This document shows, one piece after another, positions 61,030-64,000 of a stretch of 64,000 bases of DNA (positions are counted from its first letter, which is position 1; each line of letters starts with the position of its first letter). The translations under genes and the position numbers were made by a program. Where the stretch lies: positions 5,568,001-5,632,000 of the forward strand of contig CBDCJO010000002.1 in NCBI GenBank assembly GCA_965217865.1. Reading direction: 5' to 3'. The stretch is from Candidatus Latescibacterota bacterium (GTDB lineage Bacteria; Latescibacterota; UBA2968; SICM01). The notes beneath the pieces are model-generated. The model made no database searches and was not told the origin of the DNA. It worked only from the letters and a program-made list of their open reading frames with translations.

Positions 61030-62505
61030 ATGCTAGGGATTCCGGAAGTGAAGGGCGCTAAAATTCGGCATATCCGTGCGGTTCGTGAGCCGGCGGTCGC
61101 GGGTCAATTCTATCCGTCGGACCCCGAGGATCTCAAGGCCACGGTGAACGACCTGCTCAAGAGAAGGCCGGAAAACCCGGTTGAAGGAAAAGTCGACGCC
61201 ATTGTTGCTCCTCACGCGGGTTATTCCTTTTCGGGGTCCACCGCAGGAGCAGCCTACCGCCAGATTGCTAATCGGTCGTATGACGCGGTCATCGTCCTGT
61301 GTCCAAGCCACAGGGATGAATTTGAAGGGGCATCGGTATATGCGCGGGGAAGCTACCGGACTCCCCTCGGTGACGTCCCTGTGGAGGAAGAATTGGCTCA
61401 GGATCTCATCGATCGAGAGCCCGCCTTACACGAATCCCAGGCGGGACACCGGGTCGATCCTCCTTCTCCCTTCGGTGGTTCTGCCATTCGAGGCGAACAT
61501 GCCATAGAGGTTCAGATTCCCTTTCTCCAGGAGTCGGTTGGAGATCTCCGGATCGTACCTATTGTGATGGCCGGCAGAGAAATCGACTTCTGCCGACGGC
61601 TGGGCCGTGCGATCGTGGAGGCATCCGGGAGGAAACGGATTCTAACCGTCGCCAGTTCAGACCTCTATCACGGTTACTCCTATCAGGATTGCGTTGAATC
61701 GGACGCATCTACGCTTGCCGAGATCCAGGCCTTCGACCCCGAGCGGTTCGCCCGGGGTATCGATAACCGTAACATACAGGCGTGCGGGAGCGGACCGATC
61801 GCTACGGCCATGGTCGTTGCTCGGGGGGCAGGGGCGGATCAGGCTGCAGTGGTCGGGAGGACGAATTCCGGAGATGTGACAGGAAGGAAGGATGGTTATG
61901 TGGTGGGGTATGGGGCAGTCGTTTTTTATCACGGCCCCCCGGATCAATCTCGAAAAAACAAGGAACTCAGCACCGAAAACCGAGAACGCCTGTTGGCGAT
62001 CGCGAAGGGGGCAATTCGAGAGGCGGTATTCGGAAGGCCTTCTCCAATCCTTCAAGATATCCCCGAGTCACTCCGTAAATCAAGGGGTGCCTTCGTAACC
62101 CTAAAAAGGCAAGGGGCCCTCAGGGGTTGCATCGGTCAGGTCCATCCCGTGGAACCGCTCGCAACGACGGTCCAGGAGATGGCCGTATCCGCAGCACTCC
62201 GGGACCCCCGCTTCACCCCTTTGGCCTCCGAAGAACTCCCAGAGATTAAACTCGAGATATCCATTCTGGGTCCTCTGAGAACGATCCATGACGTCGACGA
62301 CATCCTAACTGGAGAACACGGCTTGTTGATCCAACACCCAGATGGACAGGGCTTGCTGCTTCCTCAGGTCGCAGCAGAACGGGGCTGGGACCGGAAAACC
62401 TTGCTTGCTCAGACTTGCAGCAAAGCGGGACTTCCCTCGGACGCTTGGATGGCCTCTGATTGCAAGATACGGGTATTTACGGCAGAGGTTTTCGGGGAGC
62501 ATTAG
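61030..62505 (+). CDS. Fused AmmeMemoRadiSam protein B (Memo-like) + protein A (AMMECR1)
   Basis: REPAVAGQFYP, PHAGY, EHAIEVQIPFL, SSDLYH, ACG; then GAFVTL...LRGCIG, DPRF.P, LLLPQVA. Confidence 0.92.
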   Translation: MLGIPEVKGAKIRHIRAVREPAVAGQFYPSDPEDLKATVNDLLKRRPENPVEGKVDAIVAPHAGYSFSGSTAGAAYRQIANRSYDAVIVLCPSHRDEFEGASVYARGSYRTPLGDVPVEEELAQDLIDREPALHESQAGHRVDPPSPFGGSAIRGEHAIEVQIPFLQESVGDLRIVPIVMAGREIDFCRRLGRAIVEASGRKRILTVASSDLYHGYSYQDCVESDASTLAEIQAFDPERFARGIDNRNIQACGSGPIATAMVVARGAGADQAAVVGRTNSGDVTGRKDGYVVGYGAVVFYHGPPDQSRKNKELSTENRERLLAIAKGAIREAVFGRPSPILQDIPESLRKSRGAFVTLKRQGALRGCIGQVHPVEPLATTVQEMAVSAALRDPRFTPLASEELPEIKLEISILGPLRTIHDVDDILTGEHGLLIQHPDGQGLLLPQVAAERGWDRKTLLAQTCSKAGLPSDAWMASDCKIRVFTAEVFGEH

Positions 62506-62533
62506 AGGCACCACTTCTTCAAGGAGATCTAAT

Positions 62534-63193
62534 TTGAAAATCCATCTTCGCATGGGGGTGGCCGTCGCAGCCTTATCATCCACCCTAATCGTCCCAATGT
62601 TTAACACGTGTCTTGCACAAACCAGATTGGATGCTATCCTGGCCAGGGCGGATACAGCCAACCGCATATTGAATCCCAGGGAGATGAAAAAGATCGCTGA
62701 TTCCCTCGGGGCGAAATGTACTCACTGTCACACCGGAAAAAAGCCCGACGGGAAACCGGATTACAAAGCTCCCTCTCACCTGAAAGAAACCGCAAAGTAC
62801 ATGAAAACCCACTTTGTGGATCGTCTGGTAACCAGGGAAGGGAAGCCTTTAACCTGCGCCACGTGTCACGCCGGGAAGGTTAAGTTTCTTCCCATGGTCC
62901 TCTCGCCTGACGCTCCCAATTCGGATGTCCAGGAGGACCGCAAGAAAACCATGAAACGGATGGGGGTCATCGCAAAGTCGTTGGGCGTTAAGTGCGATTT
63001 CTGTCACAAGAAAGGGCCGGAAGGCAAATTCGCCTTCGAATTGCCTTCAAAACACAAACAGGTTGCGAAGTTTATGATGACGGAGATCGTGGAAAAATAT
63101 CGGTTGAAAGACGGGGGGGAATTGGCATGCGCCACGTGTCACGGAGGAAAGACACATTTTCTGCCTCGTCATGTCGGGGAGGAGGGTCACTAA
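62534..63193 (+). CDS. Secreted tetraheme c-type cytochrome (PufC-like diheme repeat x2)
   Basis: AAGGAG SD before TTG; signal peptide; CTHCH, CATCH, CDFCH, CATCH. Confidence 0.8.
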   Translation: MKIHLRMGVAVAALSSTLIVPMFNTCLAQTRLDAILARADTANRILNPREMKKIADSLGAKCTHCHTGKKPDGKPDYKAPSHLKETAKYMKTHFVDRLVTREGKPLTCATCHAGKVKFLPMVLSPDAPNSDVQEDRKKTMKRMGVIAKSLGVKCDFCHKKGPEGKFAFELPSKHKQVAKFMMTEIVEKYRLKDGGELACATCHGGKTHFLPRHVGEEGH

Positions 63194-63269
63194 GGCCCCG
63201 TCAGGGGAGGTGGAGTCGGGGGCGGAAGTTGGAGGCCATATTAACAATAAACCTGAAGTCAGCAAACCA

Positions 63270-63308
63270 AAAGGGCCCTCCGGAATCTTTTCCGAGGGCC
63301 CTTTCTTC
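63270..63308. terminator. Bidirectional terminator between the cytochrome and M23 genes
   Basis: AAAGGGCCCTC (63270-63280)/GAGGGCCCTTT (63294-63304). Confidence 0.75.
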
Positions 63309-63333
63309 TATCCGTATCTTTTCGATTTCACTT

Positions 63334-64000
63334 TTATTTCACTTTGGCAGCCAAAGCCCTGTTTGATTCGAGCCTTTCTCTGTCCAGGATATACGGGAAG
63401 GGATTGACCCAGCGTCCATTCTTTTTAAGCCCGTAGTGAACGTGTGGGGCTGTCGCCCGCCCCGTCATTCCGACATATCCGATGATCTGGCCTCGCCTGA
63501 CCTTTTGTCCACGCTTGACCTCAAAACCATTCAAGTGGCCGTATAGGGTCTTCAAACCGTATTTATGATCGATTTCGATAAATTTACCGAGCTCTTGATC
63601 CCGTTTCCGCTTGGACACGATACCGTCTGCGGCTGCAAAAATGTGGGTTCCCCTCCTGCATGAGATGTCGACGCCCCTATGCGAATGCATCTTTCCCGTG
63701 AAGGGATGGCGGCGGCGGCCGAACCGGGAAGATATCCACGCCTTCGCATTCGACAGAAGCACCGGAGAGATTGACGGCGTATGATCTCTGATATCGATGT
63801 CTTTACTCAATTTGGTGGCGACCTCATCGAAACTTCCTTTGACCAGATCCGCTTCCCGCAGGAGACTCTCAAGGTCCAGACTTACTTTTCTGGCCATCAA
63901 CTTCGGACCTGTTGCGACAGCAGGTAGGTGATTCCCATTGGTTCCATTCCCATTCGTACCGTTTGTACCCGGGACTTCATCGACAGGCAGAAGGTTCGCC
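63334..64000 (-). CDS. M23 family metallopeptidase (5' truncated by window edge)
   Basis: ISSRFG.R.HP, HRGVD, YGHL, TGRATAPHVHY; frame open to the window end. Confidence 0.9.
   Translation of the reverse strand, partial: ANLLPVDEVPGTNGTNGNGTNGNHLPAVATGPKLMARKVSLDLESLLREADLVKGSFDEVATKLSKDIDIRDHTPSISPVLLSNAKAWISSRFGRRRHPFTGKMHSHRGVDISCRRGTHIFAAADGIVSKRKRDQELGKFIEIDHKYGLKTLYGHLNGFEVKRGQKVRRGQIIGYVGMTGRATAPHVHYGLKKNGRWVNPFPYILDRERLESNRALAAKVK

Noticed and set aside
63930-63972. GTNGTNGNGTNGN low-complexity repeat
   Set aside because: Linker within the M23 peptidase; gene truncated by the window edge

Overview
Bacterial chromosomal segment from a diderm with a GC-rich genome. The mix of lptC/A/B-rpoN, a DUF6785-type transporter, PIG-L and HpcH paralogues and an FlgD-Ig-tailed NHL protein is reminiscent of FCB-group candidate phyla such as Latescibacterota; this is an inference. 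Most of the window is housekeeping: fdhD, rpoN, lptBAC, pyrG, gatC, pcrA, mltG, ruvX, rdgB, rph, an amidase, smpB, CIRCE-groEL, folB/folK/dNK/panB/panC, sodA, erpA, rny, nuoI, iscU and nfo. It also holds a TetR-regulated heteromeric RND efflux locus and a block of accessory metabolic genes. One complete IS1380-family element (12621-14454, CTAG target duplication) splits an approximately 1028-aa NACHT-HEAT gene that also carries two frameshifts. The items most worth follow-up are: that NACHT-HEAT gene; a Zn-finger DnaC/DnaI-like ATPase embedded in a core operon; a PIG-L + TenA pair (possible alternative thiamine-salvage deformylase); a PufC-like tetraheme cytochrome; a FliL gene abutting a Memo-AMMECR1 fusion; dispersed 7/8-bp tandem repeats; and two small ORFs missed by the ORF track. 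I found no rRNA, tRNA or CRISPR array. All calls come from motif recognition by eye; no searches were run.
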